Source of the DNA: Diplonema japonicum
Lineage: Eukaryota > Protista > Euglenozoa: Diplonemea
Length of the DNA: 64,000 bases
Direction of reading: 5' to 3'
Assembly (NCBI GenBank): GCA_964019335.1
Contig: OZ025761.1
Span: 130,595-194,594, forward strand
The notes beneath the pieces are model-generated. The model was not told the origin of the DNA and did no database searches. It saw only the letters and a program-made list of their open reading frames with translations. The stretch's first letter is position 1. Each line of letters starts with the position of its first letter. This document shows, in pieces, positions 45,435-56,500 of the stretch. The position numbers were made by a program, and so were the translations under genes.

Positions 45435-45809
45435 ATGGCAGTCACTTATGTATTTGTGGCAATCGGTGTGACTGTAGCAGTTTGCATATATTTCTATTAC
45501 TTGAGGTGGCGGCGAGCCCGTTCTCAGAATGTTGTAATCACTACAGCTGTGGTGGTGCCGTTTGCACGTCAGGAGGCATGCCCCCCTGCTGCACCTGCAT
45601 CCCCCCCGCATGTTGTTCAAGCTCCCCCCCCTGGGCCTTATCAGTATGCGGCACCTTCTAACCCATATGGCGCGCAGCAACCTCCTGTTGTAGAGCAGTA
45701 TGCTCCACCTCCGTGTGCTTACGCCGCGCAACCAATACCTGAAGCTAAGCCTGAACACTACCCTGAGGAACACTACCCTGCCCCCTCCGCTCCACCCCTC
45801 GCGACATAG
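45435..45809 (+). CDS. Small single-pass membrane protein with Pro/Tyr-rich tail and PSAP motif (paralog 1)
   Basis: N-terminal TM followed by basic residues, with tail ...EEHYPAPSAPPL. Paralog at 48718. Confidence 0.75.
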   Translation: MAVTYVFVAIGVTVAVCIYFYYLRWRRARSQNVVITTAVVVPFARQEACPPAAPASPPHVVQAPPPGPYQYAAPSNPYGAQQPPVVEQYAPPPCAYAAQPIPEAKPEHYPEEHYPAPSAPPLAT

Positions 45810-45911
45810 GCAGTCGCACGTCTGCTGCCTTTTACTGCTTGATTGCACTAGTAAGGAAGTGAGGGAAAACAGTTTGTTTTTCTTCTTTTTTTTTTTTTTT
45901 TTTCTTTCCAA

Positions 45912-46045
45912 GGTGGTGGGGATAACATGAAAATATAAGAAAAACATCAGATGTGTTGTTCGCTGTTGACCTCCTCGTCGGTCATCACCGGTAGCGCCCG
46001 AGTGGAAGAACATAATGCAGATGCTCAGGGTGACGAACAGGCAGC
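45912..46045 (+). ncRNA. HDV-like self-cleaving ribozyme
   Basis: P1 45912-18/45983-89; P2 45962-68/46038-45 (one bulge); P3 45969-71/45980-82; L3 tcctcgtc; P1.1 gg 45990-91; P4 45995-46003/46023-32; J4/2 acgaa with the putative catalytic C at 46034. Confidence 0.85.
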
Positions 46046-46232
46046 AAACTGCACGAGCGCAGAAACTTGGTTACCCGGGACGCACCGGCTGGGGTTGAGC
46101 TGCACACCGCACGCATTAAGGACACGACGCGGAACGCAGAAGAAGCTGCAACTCGGCCGCGGTGCGCCCCCTGTAATCAAGTAGACAGTTCTTGTGCAGG
46201 GCGCCGCCAACACCGGCCTCCTTTAACTCATA
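45912..46232 (+). mobile_element. Short retroposon with 5' HDV-like ribozyme (copy 2)
   Basis: See the ribozyme at 45912-46045. Followed by a long stem region, a 3' hairpin and a T-tract. Confidence 0.88.
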
Positions 46233-46279
46233 TTTTTTTTGCTCGAATCGCCCTGTTTTTTTTTTTTTTTTTTTTTTAA

Positions 46280-46445
46280 AGACTGAGAGAAGATTACCGG
46301 AAGGAAAGGATTGGAAGATATAAACGACAGCTAGGCACTACGGTGGGTAGCAGGGAACGACCCCAAAAGGGGAGCATCATAAGGTAGGCACGCCACCGCG
46401 GCGGGCCGTTGCTAACCACTTCGTTCCTATCATAGTGAATTTTCT
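46280..46445 (+). mobile_element. Very short 3' fragment of the 36479/59010 non-LTR family
   Basis: Matches 37370-37530. Confidence 0.85.
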
Positions 46446-46773
46446 TTAGGCGATCCTGTCACATACTGCAGGTTCCCTCAAAGACATCTTTTTTTTTTTT
46501 GCAGGAACGAGTCTTTGACTTGTCTAAACAAAAGGGGAACGTTGGCAACGTGTTTCGGGTTGACAAACTTCTCCAGGTTTTACCCGGCACGCGTTTTTTA
46601 TATGGACCGGCACGTACAAACAACGGCCAGTTCCTCTTTTTTTTTTTTTTTTTTGTTTTAACAATATTATTGTCGAGACTAAAAACTAGTTGATGGCAGC
46701 GTAATGAGCTATTTTATTAGGTAAAATTCCGCTCGTGCGCACAAACAAATGGAGCGCCAAACTAGTTTTTTAA

Positions 46774-47190
46774 CCATTAAAAGGACCATTACTAAGACCT
46801 ATTGTTTTTCCCGTGATTTTTTCTTCTTTTTTTTTTTATATCTGAAATACCCCCTTTTTTTTTGCGCGAAAAGAACAAACAAACCCCCCCCCCCCCCCCC
46901 CCCGTTCTGCGCAACAGCAAATACATCCCCGGTGGCACGGTTCAACTCCGGAAGACGACAGTGGGCAGGAAGAAAAACGACATCTGTGAAGAAAAAAAAG
47001 CAAGTGAGGGAGTACAGTGTCGCGTAGCTGCCTTAGCATGTCGAAAAAGAAGTGGAATTTAAAAAAAAAAAAAAAAGAAAAGAAATAGTGTACTTTCCTA
47101 TGGTTAAATTCTCGCATTTCTTTTTTTCCAGGATCATAAATAGACGGGTTCTTGGAACTTTTTTGGCCAAAACCCTCGGTCCTTCAATGG
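46774..47190. mobile_element. piggyBac-type MITE containing a LINE 3'-end fragment
   Basis: TTAA|ccattaaaaggacc ... ggtccttcaatgg|TTAA, with the TIR shared with the 41358 end. Contains internal gccttagcatgtcgaaaaagaagtggaattt(A)n. Confidence 0.7.
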
Positions 47191-47308
47191 TTAAAAAAAA
47201 AGGGGGGGGGGAGGCTCTCTTCAAGTGTTTAATTCTCTTTTTTCGAGCTGATCGTCGTGCGCCAAAAAAAAAAGCTTTTTTTTTAAAAAAAAAGAGAACA
47301 CGAGGAAA

Positions 47309-48427
47309 ATGAGCCTGACAGTGTTCATCAAGGTGGAGAACAAGGAGACGTACGAGGTGGAGCTGGGAAGCCATGACACTGTGAAGGACCTGTACAGGAA
47401 GGCGGGGGAGGCTGCTGGAGTAGAGGTGGGAACCTTCCTCTTGCGATTCGAAGGTGAAGAACTGGACGAGACTCTCGGTGGGAATGAGATACAGCACCTT
47501 GGGATGTGGGAGGGGTGCGAGCTCCTTCTCTGCTGCAATGTCCGCAACACGATGTGTGTCCTTTCACGGGAGCTGTCTTCAGAAGAGACAAGGAAGGCAA
47601 TAGAACAGCGATTGGAGGAGGACCCTGACCTTCTTCTTCAGGTGGAGGCAAGTGATGTGTTTCTTGAACTTTGTGAAATGGATCTCCCTTTTGAACTTCG
47701 CCACCTCAAAGTAACGGACCCTGGGAAGCGTGTGACCGCCATTGGGGAAGGCTTCCTGGAAGGATGCGAGTCCCTTGTCACACTTGACCTCATCTCTCTT
47801 CAGAGCGTTTGGGGGATTGAAAGTAAATTTCTTTATGGGTGCAAGTCATTACAGACTGTTGACCTTACCCCCTTTCGCAACATAACAAGGGTAACCTTTG
47901 CATGCCTAGCTTACTGTGAGTCCCTTACACAGGTCGATCTGGGGCCCCTTCAGAACGTGACGGATCTTGAATTCGGTTTTATGGAATCTTGCAAGTCACT
48001 GCAGACGCTTGACGTGAGCCCACTTCGAAATGTTAGGGTGATCGGTGGATGGTTCCTCAGCTGTTGCTCCTCCCTCACTTCTGTGGATCTCAGCCCTCTT
48101 CGTAACTTAACGGTTGTTGGCGACTCGTTCCTCAGCGACTGTAGTTCACTCACTTCTGTGGATCTTGGCCTTTGTGACGTGGTGTCTGTGGGTGACTACT
48201 TTCTCAGAGGGTGCGGGTCTCTAACTTCAGTTGATCTACGACCGATGCAGGACCTTCGCAGTATGGGGCGCAGCTTTCTTTCTGACTGCAGTTCTCTGAC
48301 CACCGTTGACTTCGGGCACCTGAGGGAGAGGGTCGCAGATGTCGGAGAGGGTTTCATGCACAACTGCAACGAGATACCCATAGAGGAGCGACGACCGCCG
48401 TCTCGCGTTCGTTGTACTGTGTGTTGA
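47309..48427 (+). CDS. UBL-LRR-CaaX protein copy 5
   Basis: Intact 372-aa paralog. Ends RVRCTVC. Confidence 0.85.
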   Translation: MSLTVFIKVENKETYEVELGSHDTVKDLYRKAGEAAGVEVGTFLLRFEGEELDETLGGNEIQHLGMWEGCELLLCCNVRNTMCVLSRELSSEETRKAIEQRLEEDPDLLLQVEASDVFLELCEMDLPFELRHLKVTDPGKRVTAIGEGFLEGCESLVTLDLISLQSVWGIESKFLYGCKSLQTVDLTPFRNITRVTFACLAYCESLTQVDLGPLQNVTDLEFGFMESCKSLQTLDVSPLRNVRVIGGWFLSCCSSLTSVDLSPLRNLTVVGDSFLSDCSSLTSVDLGLCDVVSVGDYFLRGCGSLTSVDLRPMQDLRSMGRSFLSDCSSLTTVDFGHLRERVADVGEGFMHNCNEIPIEERRPPSRVRCTVC

Positions 48428-48717
48428 ACCGAACAGAAAAGCAACAGTGATTATGTGTGTGGGTTAAGTCGGAAGTCTCAGAGGCTGAGCGGCGCTCGAC
48501 CCCTAAGAATCGACGACCGACGCTTTGAAAAAAAAAATCTTCGTGAGTGAATAAAAAAAAAAAAAATAAATAAAAAAAAGATCCGGTTTCCCTTAGAGGC
48601 TACCGGGTACTTTTTTTTTTTTTTTTTTTTGAGTTCTTTCTTTTTCTTTTTCGTTCGGAAAAAGAAGATACAAAAAGGGGGGGGGGGGGGGAAGGGGGAA
48701 AAGAAAAGAAAAGAAAA

Positions 48718-49035
48718 ATGCAACCTGCTATAGCGGTAGGCATCGCTGTGACTGTGGCCTGTGCACTTTATATGTATTACAGGCACTGGCAAAGTGTGCG
48801 TCATCGGGATCTAGATGATTCCGAAGGTGTTTGTTCCCCAATAGTATCCCCCCCGCCGCTTCCTTCGGGTCCTCCTGCTGGGCCTTATCAGTATGCAGCC
48901 GCTTCTAACCCATATGCCGGGCAGTATGCTCCACCTCCGTGTGCTTACGCCGCGCAACCGGTACCTGAAGCTGCGCCGCAGCCCTACCCTGAGGAACACT
49001 ACCCTGCCCCCTCCGCTCCACCCCTCGTGCAGTAA
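48718..49035 (+). CDS. Small single-pass membrane protein with PSAP motif (paralog 2)
   Basis: TM, then GPYQYAA..NPY..QYAPPPCAY..EEHYPAPSAPPL. Confidence 0.75.
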   Translation: MQPAIAVGIAVTVACALYMYYRHWQSVRHRDLDDSEGVCSPIVSPPPLPSGPPAGPYQYAAASNPYAGQYAPPPCAYAAQPVPEAAPQPYPEEHYPAPSAPPLVQ

Positions 49036-49186
49036 GCGGGGGTTGTGCGAGAACGTACATTTATTCTCCTCCCTCTTTTTCATTTCTTTTTTTTTTTCTT
49101 TTTTTTTTTTTCTATCTTCTCCCATTGATGTAAGGGTCTTGTGTTAACATGTGTTGAGGGCAAACCTAAACAAAAAGAAAAAGAAA

Positions 49187-49491
49187 TTCGATAATTTAAA
49201 GGAAGCCGGTGGGGGGCGCCCTGCGCAAGCACCATCTACTTGATTACAGGGGGCGCACCAGCTTCTTCTGCGTTCCGTGTCGTGTTCTTAATGCGTGCGG
49301 TGTGCAGCTCAACCCCAGCCGATGCGTCCCGGGTAGCCAAGATTCTGGGTCCGTGCAGTTTGCTGCCTATTCGTCACCCTGAGCATCTTCTTCTCCACTC
49401 GGGCGCTACCGGTGATGACCGACGAGGAGGTCAACAGCGAACAACACATCTGATGTACTTCTCTTTGTATTTTCATGTTATCCCCACCAAC
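49187..49491 (-). mobile_element. Short retroposon with 5' HDV-like ribozyme (copy 3, antisense; ribozyme 49362-49491)
   Basis: Reverse complement of the family. P1 5' strand is gttggtg (one mismatch), and there is a small internal deletion. Confidence 0.85.
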
Positions 49492-49627
49492 TGAAAAAAA
49501 GAAAAAAGAGAAAAGAAAAAGAAAAAAAGAAAAGAACCTTTTTTTACCGTGTTTGTTTTTCCAGACCACGTAATCTGCCTTGAAAAAAAAGAAGGGAATG
49601 TTTCTCATTCATCCGCCCCTGAAAACT

Positions 49628-49662
<35 letters not shown>

Positions 49663-49779
49663 AGATTTTTGAACATCATTCCCCCCGCACTCTCTTCCCT
49701 TCCTTTTTTTTTTTTTTTTTTTTTTTGCTCTCGCCAAATATAATAAAAAGGAGAAGAGAAAAAAAAAAAAAAAAAGTTA

Positions 49780-51435
49780 ATGCGAGCCTGCTTCGCAATC
49801 GCCTGCCTGGCAACAGCCACGGCGGAGCTGCTCGGTGAATGTAGCAATGACGATGTGGTCCATTTCACAATCAGCCTGCGACAGGGAAACATGGAGTGGT
49901 TGGCACGAGAATGGTCTGAAGTGGTAGAAGACGTTAAAGGCCCTAGGTGGAGGGACTTTCAAACTATGGCTAAGATAAACGAGAAAACAGGTGCTTCTAA
50001 GCCGGACATGAGCTCCGCAAAAGAATGGGCCCGCACACATGGGTTCACGATCGTGTCCTCCCACCCCGACACCCTGAATATGCTCGGGAGCATATCAAAC
50101 ATTAAAACCGCTTTACAACCCAGCGAAACCTTCCACCGCTACTCGCTCCCTGGAAGACGCATTGTTCCCACAACGATTAAAGAACCGCACCTCAAACAGC
50201 TACCAGAGTTCATAACAGCTGTTCATGGATTGTTCAAATACCCGTTTTTGACGAGAACAAGACGCAACAAGGCACAGGCCCCGCTCAAGGCGTCCATTTC
50301 CCCGCAAACAATTCGCCAGCAATACAACATTACTGTGCAGAATTCGGTGATGGGAAACATTAGTGTAGGACAGATGTCGTTCTGCCCGGTGGGGATCAAC
50401 GACTGCAACCAGTTCTGCAAAGATGGGAATTTAAACTGCGAGCTGAAGGCGTCGGATGTAAAGGGACCCTCGAGCGAGGTCAAGCCCTGCGATGAAGCTG
50501 ACATGGACGTTCAAATGAGCTTTGCAGCAGGACCCGGCTTGCCTGTTACTGTAGATGGAGGGTTCACAAACCTTGTAGAGTGGGCGACAAGCTGGCTCAA
50601 CGACCCCAACGCCGCGCTGGCAGAATCCCTAAGCTACGGAACCCCCGAATCGACAAAATCTCAAACAGACTCGTTAAACACCGTTCTGATGAAACTCGGA
50701 GTTGCTGGGAAAGCGGTTTTCGTGTCGTCCGGCGACGCTGGCGCAGCAGGCGCGTCTGGTTGCAACGGAAAGTTCAACCCTGACTGGCCTGCCACGTCAC
50801 CTTATGTAACGGCTGTCGGTGCCACGCAGTCCACACCCGGTTCAGCTTCCCCGCTTAAAAACCCCTCCAACCTCTGCACTAACGAAGTTGGCCCTTGTGT
50901 TGGATCCGGTGTTGAAGAAGCTGTTTCGACCAATCTTTCAATGTTTACGTCTGGCGGAGGTTTCTCAGATGTGTACTCGCCCCCTTCCTGGCAGAGTGAT
51001 GTTGTGATGGGCTATTTGTCGAGCGGTGTCCGCCTGCCTCCTGCGGGCTTGTGGAACAAGAACGGTCGGGGGTACCCTGATATCGCGGCATTCGGCGGGC
51101 AAAACCTCGTTATCAACGAGAAGAAGGTCGGTCAGGATGGGGGCACCTCAGCATCGTCACCCATTTGGGTCGGGGTGTGGGGGCTTCTTAACTCCGCGGC
51201 TTTGAAGAAATCTGGTAAACCGCTGGGCCCTGCAGCGCCTTACCTTTACTACATGCACGGAAAGGCACCCCATTGTTTCAATGATATTGTGACCGGTGAC
51301 AATATGTGTCCCTTCGAGGGGGCTGACTGCAGGGCGTGCAACGGCTTCGTCACCACTAAAGGGTGGGATCCTGTTACCGGGCTGGGGACGCCCAATGTGC
51401 AGTGCATGCTGTCCTTTGTGGAGAGTGATCTGTAA
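49780..51435 (+). CDS. Sedolisin / tripeptidyl-peptidase I-like serine-carboxyl peptidase (S53), secreted
   Basis: Signal peptide and prodomain, then EADMD (Glu/Asp), SSGDAG, WPATSPYVTAVG, GRGYPDIA, GGTSASSP (Ser) and GWDPVTGLGTP. Confidence 0.93.
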   Translation: MRACFAIACLATATAELLGECSNDDVVHFTISLRQGNMEWLAREWSEVVEDVKGPRWRDFQTMAKINEKTGASKPDMSSAKEWARTHGFTIVSSHPDTLNMLGSISNIKTALQPSETFHRYSLPGRRIVPTTIKEPHLKQLPEFITAVHGLFKYPFLTRTRRNKAQAPLKASISPQTIRQQYNITVQNSVMGNISVGQMSFCPVGINDCNQFCKDGNLNCELKASDVKGPSSEVKPCDEADMDVQMSFAAGPGLPVTVDGGFTNLVEWATSWLNDPNAALAESLSYGTPESTKSQTDSLNTVLMKLGVAGKAVFVSSGDAGAAGASGCNGKFNPDWPATSPYVTAVGATQSTPGSASPLKNPSNLCTNEVGPCVGSGVEEAVSTNLSMFTSGGGFSDVYSPPSWQSDVVMGYLSSGVRLPPAGLWNKNGRGYPDIAAFGGQNLVINEKKVGQDGGTSASSPIWVGVWGLLNSAALKKSGKPLGPAAPYLYYMHGKAPHCFNDIVTGDNMCPFEGADCRACNGFVTTKGWDPVTGLGTPNVQCMLSFVESDL

Positions 51436-51947
51436 GGAGGGAAAAGAAATTGTTGTTGTGATTTTTTCGACTGAATATCAACTCCATTGCACCCCCCCCC
51501 CCCCCCCCCCCGACAGGATTAAGCGTTACAATGATTCCTGATTCTCTGTCCTCTCTCTGATTCTTTATCTACCAATTTGCATGTTTCATTTTTTTTTTTT
51601 TTTTTAATTCAGTCGAAAAAAAAAAAAAAAGCGGGGGATTTTTTTTGTCTTTTCTTTTCTTTGCTTTATTGCGGGGGGAGAAAAAAAAAAATCCCCCTTT
51701 CCCCAAGAGTGCATTTTTTTTTTTCTTTTTCTTGTTTTCTTTCCACCCCTCCCCTCCCTCCCACTTCATGTTTATCCTCAAACAGCGCGCAGATGTTATA
51801 TGTTCGCCTTTTTTTCCTTTTTTTTTTTTTTGGAATAAACTTATTTACCCGCCCCACCCCTATCAATTCTACTCCATTGCGCAACACGCCCAACAGGTGT
51901 GGGTGCGGGGAGGGGGGGGTCTTGAACCCGACGGAGGGCCTGTCTGC

Positions 51948-52859
51948 ATGGTACGCGTTGGTGTGTCCATCCCGGTAATAGGCGATGGGCGGTTCGTGGT
52001 TGCGCGAAAGCTGGACGAAGGCGCATTCGGTGACATTTTCGTGGGGCACGACAACTCGAGGCAGAAAGAGGTTGCCATCAAGATTGAGCTGGCGCGGTCC
52101 AAACACCAAATGCTGAAATCTGAGGTCAAGGTTTTCAAAATGCTCGGAAACAGCGAGAAAAAAGGCTTCCCCGAGATGCTCTACTCAAACTTCGGCTCAG
52201 AAATCAACGTCCTCGTAATGAGCCTCATGGGCCCCAACATCGAAGTCCTATTCTGCTACTGCGGGAAAAAATTCTCGTTAAAAACAATATGCATGCTCGC
52301 AGACCAGATGATTCGCCGCGTAGCAGCGTTGCATTCCATTGGGATTTTGCACAGAGATCTTAAACCGGAAAACATGGTGATGGGAATAGGAAGATGCGCG
52401 CACCGGTTACATCTCATTGACTTCGGGCTTGTAAAAAGCTACCAGGACTCCAAAAAACGTCATTTACCCTACAGGGACGGACGGCCATTGATAGGAACAG
52501 CTAGATACTGTTCTCTATGGACGCACGAAGGTATCGATCAGTCTAGAAGAGACGATTTGGAATCGATTGCTTTCATTGTTCTTTATTTGTACAGTGGGAA
52601 GTTGCCGTGGATGGGTATACCGGCTACGTCGGAGGACCCTAATATGCTGATTTGGAGGAAAAAGCAGACGTCCCTCGAGACGCTGTTTGCCGGGACCCCG
52701 CAATGCTTGAAGAACTTCGCCACTACCGTCCGAAAGCTTCGCTTCGACGCGGCCCCCGACTATCTGGCGCTCCGCGAACTGTTCTCGGAGAATTTTACCT
52801 CTTACGACTGGGCCTACGACTGGCGGGTTCACTACGAAAGAAGTCGGGAGGATAAATGA
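51948..52859 (+). CDS. Casein kinase 1 family protein kinase
   Basis: VAIKIE, LMGPNIEVLF..CGKKFSLKT, HRDLKPEN, LIDFGL, IGTARYCS and QSRRDDLES. Confidence 0.92.
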   Translation: MVRVGVSIPVIGDGRFVVARKLDEGAFGDIFVGHDNSRQKEVAIKIELARSKHQMLKSEVKVFKMLGNSEKKGFPEMLYSNFGSEINVLVMSLMGPNIEVLFCYCGKKFSLKTICMLADQMIRRVAALHSIGILHRDLKPENMVMGIGRCAHRLHLIDFGLVKSYQDSKKRHLPYRDGRPLIGTARYCSLWTHEGIDQSRRDDLESIAFIVLYLYSGKLPWMGIPATSEDPNMLIWRKKQTSLETLFAGTPQCLKNFATTVRKLRFDAAPDYLALRELFSENFTSYDWAYDWRVHYERSREDK

Positions 52860-52895
52860 TGGGGGGACTTTTACAAGCCCCTGTTTTTTTTTCTT

Positions 52896-52954
<59 letters not shown>

Positions 52955-53002
52955 CTGTTCCCCAAGCATATGTAATCTACAAGTAAGAAGGTACGTCAGT
53001 TG

Positions 53003-53056
<54 letters not shown>

Positions 53057-53577
53057 CCAGCGCAGAGAAAAGAAAAGGGTGGCCCGACCCCCTTCGTTGC
53101 CTGACTACGTACCCGCAGCACATGCAACCAAAGATTGACATTATTCTTTTCTTTTCTTTTTTTCTTCTTATGATCAAAAAAAGAAAAAAATGTTGGGCAG
53201 CTATGCATTACAAATAATAATCTCTTTTGTAAGGAAGAATATTTGTAGGCAACCTATAGGTTTTATTTAGGATTCTTTTTAGGATGCCCTTGCTCCAAGG
53301 ATCTGGGTTGAAATTGAAGTGGTGACATGACCCCTCTCCACTACCCAATGTGGAAGCAGGTTGCCCAGTTGCATACTTCATCATTTTCGACACTCTCGTT
53401 TTTGATTCCCAAAAGCTCCTAAGAAGTAAGCCTTAAAAAAAAAAAAAAAAAATTGTAGGTACATACATTACGGGGAAAAAAAAATAAAATTACCCCCCCC
53501 CCCCCCCCTTCCGTTTTCATTTCTTTGAAAAAAAGTTCAAAAACTTTTATTTTCAACAAGGGGGGGGGAGGAAAAAA

Positions 53578-56500
53578 ATGGATGTTGAAGGCGCGTCCCT
53601 CACCGGATCGACGAGGCAGGGCAGGGTCAAGCGGCTTTCCCAGACGAGAAATGTTAGTGCGAGCACAGCTGGGCAGAACGACGAGGAAGAGAACACCGTT
53701 CTGAGGAGGATGATGTCCGTGCAAGTGGTTGTGACGCTGCTGTGCCTCGTGAGCATAGTGGCGAGCAGTACCTCTGCAACGTTATTCATGATGCAAGAAA
53801 GCGAGAGCGCAGTGGAGCTAACGCGCGACAGCGGCGACAGGGCCACGAACAGTTGTTTCGAAAACGCGGAGAGCAGCTTGCACGAGGTGTCCGATTCGCT
53901 ATTGGCTGCGAAGTCAAACGCTGTGCTGTCGATGGTCCGCGACTTCACCCACCTTACGCTTTTTGAGACCACTAGGATACGAACGCTTCTTGCGACGACC
54001 TTCCGTGGGCAGGACACATCTATATGGAGTGTTTTGTCACAATTCTCCCCGCAGTTATATACGGCGCTTGTCACCCAGCTTCCTCGGGGCCTCGCTTTAG
54101 CGGGAATCGGTAGCAACAACGACAAGCTACTTCTCTTCGCGAGCGTTCAAAACTTCAACTTCGCCATTGTCAACAACGGTTCACAGGGTAGTTCCACCCA
54201 ACACCTCTTGGACCACGAGACGGGGTATTACGACGGCAGGGTTCTGCGAAACTCCTCCTTGGCGCCGAATACAGTGTCGGGATATCTGTTGGCGTCAAAC
54301 AACATTGTTGAGCTGAACGAGTCAAAGTACGGCAGTGTCATCCCGTTCGGGAATTATGTAGGGTGCATGCTTACCACGCATGTTCAAGATAACCTTGGGA
54401 ACAAGCTGTATTTGTATTTTTCTATTACGCTTCCGAAGATTTCGAGCTTTTTGAAACAGCTCGTGCAGGATGCGAGGGTGTCCGGGAGTGAGATGAGGAT
54501 GTACACGTGCACTTCCACCTCGTGGATCCCACCAGCGATGAAGGCGAAGAACGTAACGTTCAACATTATCGGCGACGAGGAGCGCATTTTAACCGGCGTG
54601 TCGGACGGCGAAGCCAGCGGTCTAGTCGGCAGTAGCTTCCGGTACCTGTACGACCACGAGGCAACGGATCCCCTAATTCAACGTATCGCTACGAAAATAT
54701 CAGGCGAATACGAACGTGTTGAAACCATGAAACTTGTCACCTACCACATAGCTAGAAACGAGTCAACAAACGACACAGAAAGGCATCTCGTGAGGGTTAA
54801 GCAAATCTCCGACGCGGCCATCGGGATAAACTGGTGGTTTGTCATCAGCATCGATGCTGAAAACGTTTTTGGGTCCATCGAACAGCACGCGCTGCAGGTG
54901 CAGCTTGCCATCGAGGATGATAAAGCACACGTTCAGGACGAAGTCGACGAGAAATTGTTGATCACGGTGATGGTCATATTGGGTATCGCCGTGTTTTTGA
55001 TCTTCCTGTCAGCCGGTGTTACAAAGGTGATCCTCAACCCGCTGTTGGAACTTGTTGAGGACATGCAACACGTCTCACAAATGAGCCTTGACAAACAGGT
55101 TTCCAACGGGCTCTCATCGCTGTTCGAGGTTCGGAAAATGCAGCGCAGCTTCAACAGAATGAAGCGAAACCTGAAAGACTTCAAGGCGTACGTCCCGAAC
55201 GCGTTGCTAAACAGCAACAACGATGTCTCACCCGTCGAGCCCCCAACAGGCATCGTGTCGGTTGTATTCACCGACATTACCAAATCAACCGAATTGTGGG
55301 AACTCTCTGTAACTGGTATGAACATAGCAATGGAGCTTCACAACGAAATAATGCGTTCAGCGGCGGGCGACTTCGATGGATATGAGGTTAAAACAATCGG
55401 AGATGCCTTCATGGTGACCTTCAGCGATCCATTCGACGCTCTACAATTCTGCTTCACCGTTCAGTCGCTCCTCTCAACTCAAGAATGGCCCGCTGAACTG
55501 TGCCTGGACGCCAACGGTTTAAAAGTCAGAATGGGCTGCCACATAGGCCACACCATTCCCGAAGAAAACCCTTTAACAGGAAGGCGCGACTACCGAGGGC
55601 CAGCAGTGAACATAGCATCTCGATGCGAGGGAAAAGCAGCGCCTGGAACCGTTTGCATAACCCAGAACATGCTTAACTCAGTACAAGACGGCCTCGCATC
55701 ACTCGGACCGACAAAGGTAGAAGACATCGGACTGCAAAAACTGAAGGGAATCGATGGGGAAAACAGGTTGTTCCTCGCGGTACCCGCGTCGCTAGGCGAC
55801 AGGTTGAAATCGAGTAATGTTCGACAAATGGCGTACGAACTGGATGTGGTGGCAGAAGCGTCGCCACACTCCGGAGGGATCTCACACAATTCATCGGGAA
55901 ACTCTGGATTTACCCATGGAAACATGCTTCCCGCTGCACGAGCATCGATTCCTTTAAAAAAAACCGGTTTAACTCTGGTGAGCGGGCAGGCAACCATTGC
56001 AGTGTGCAGCATTGATGTGAAAGAGGAAAATGAGATCTTCGATGGGTGTAATGCTATGATTCGGTCGGTCATAGAGGCAGCAAGCCAGACGGACGGTGTA
56101 CTCGGTTTTGTAACAGGTAGGGAGATGACTGTCTCATGGAATACTTCAAAGGGGTGTAAACTCCATGCTACTGCAGCGTTGAGGTTTGCTTCGCAACTAC
56201 ACCGCAGGGCATCGCCCTACATGACCGTTGGCCTCGCTACCGGAGACATCCTTTACGGGAATGTGGGGACGCAGACAAGACGGTTCAACATAATATTCGG
56301 GAGGACGCTGCATGCAGCTTCGTCTGCATGTTCGCTCGCCAGGCATTTCGAGGCGTTTTGTATTTTCTCCGACTGCACTTCCGATGGGAGGTGCAATGCA
56401 AATCCTGCCATTTCCCCCTTCGTACGGCTTTTGGATATTTGGTTCGACACCAGCACCTCGACAGTCATCCCTTTTTACGAGCTGCTCAGCGAAAAGCTGA

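Noticed and set aside
45951-46184. Recurrent 77-aa ORF MCCSLLTSSSVITGS in the repeat copies
   Set aside because: Conservation is explained by the ribozyme structure and recent copying, and the copies carry indels. No coding evidence.
51645-51947. Phe-rich N-terminal extension of casein kinase 1
   Set aside because: Derived from poly(T)/poly(A) intergenic sequence.
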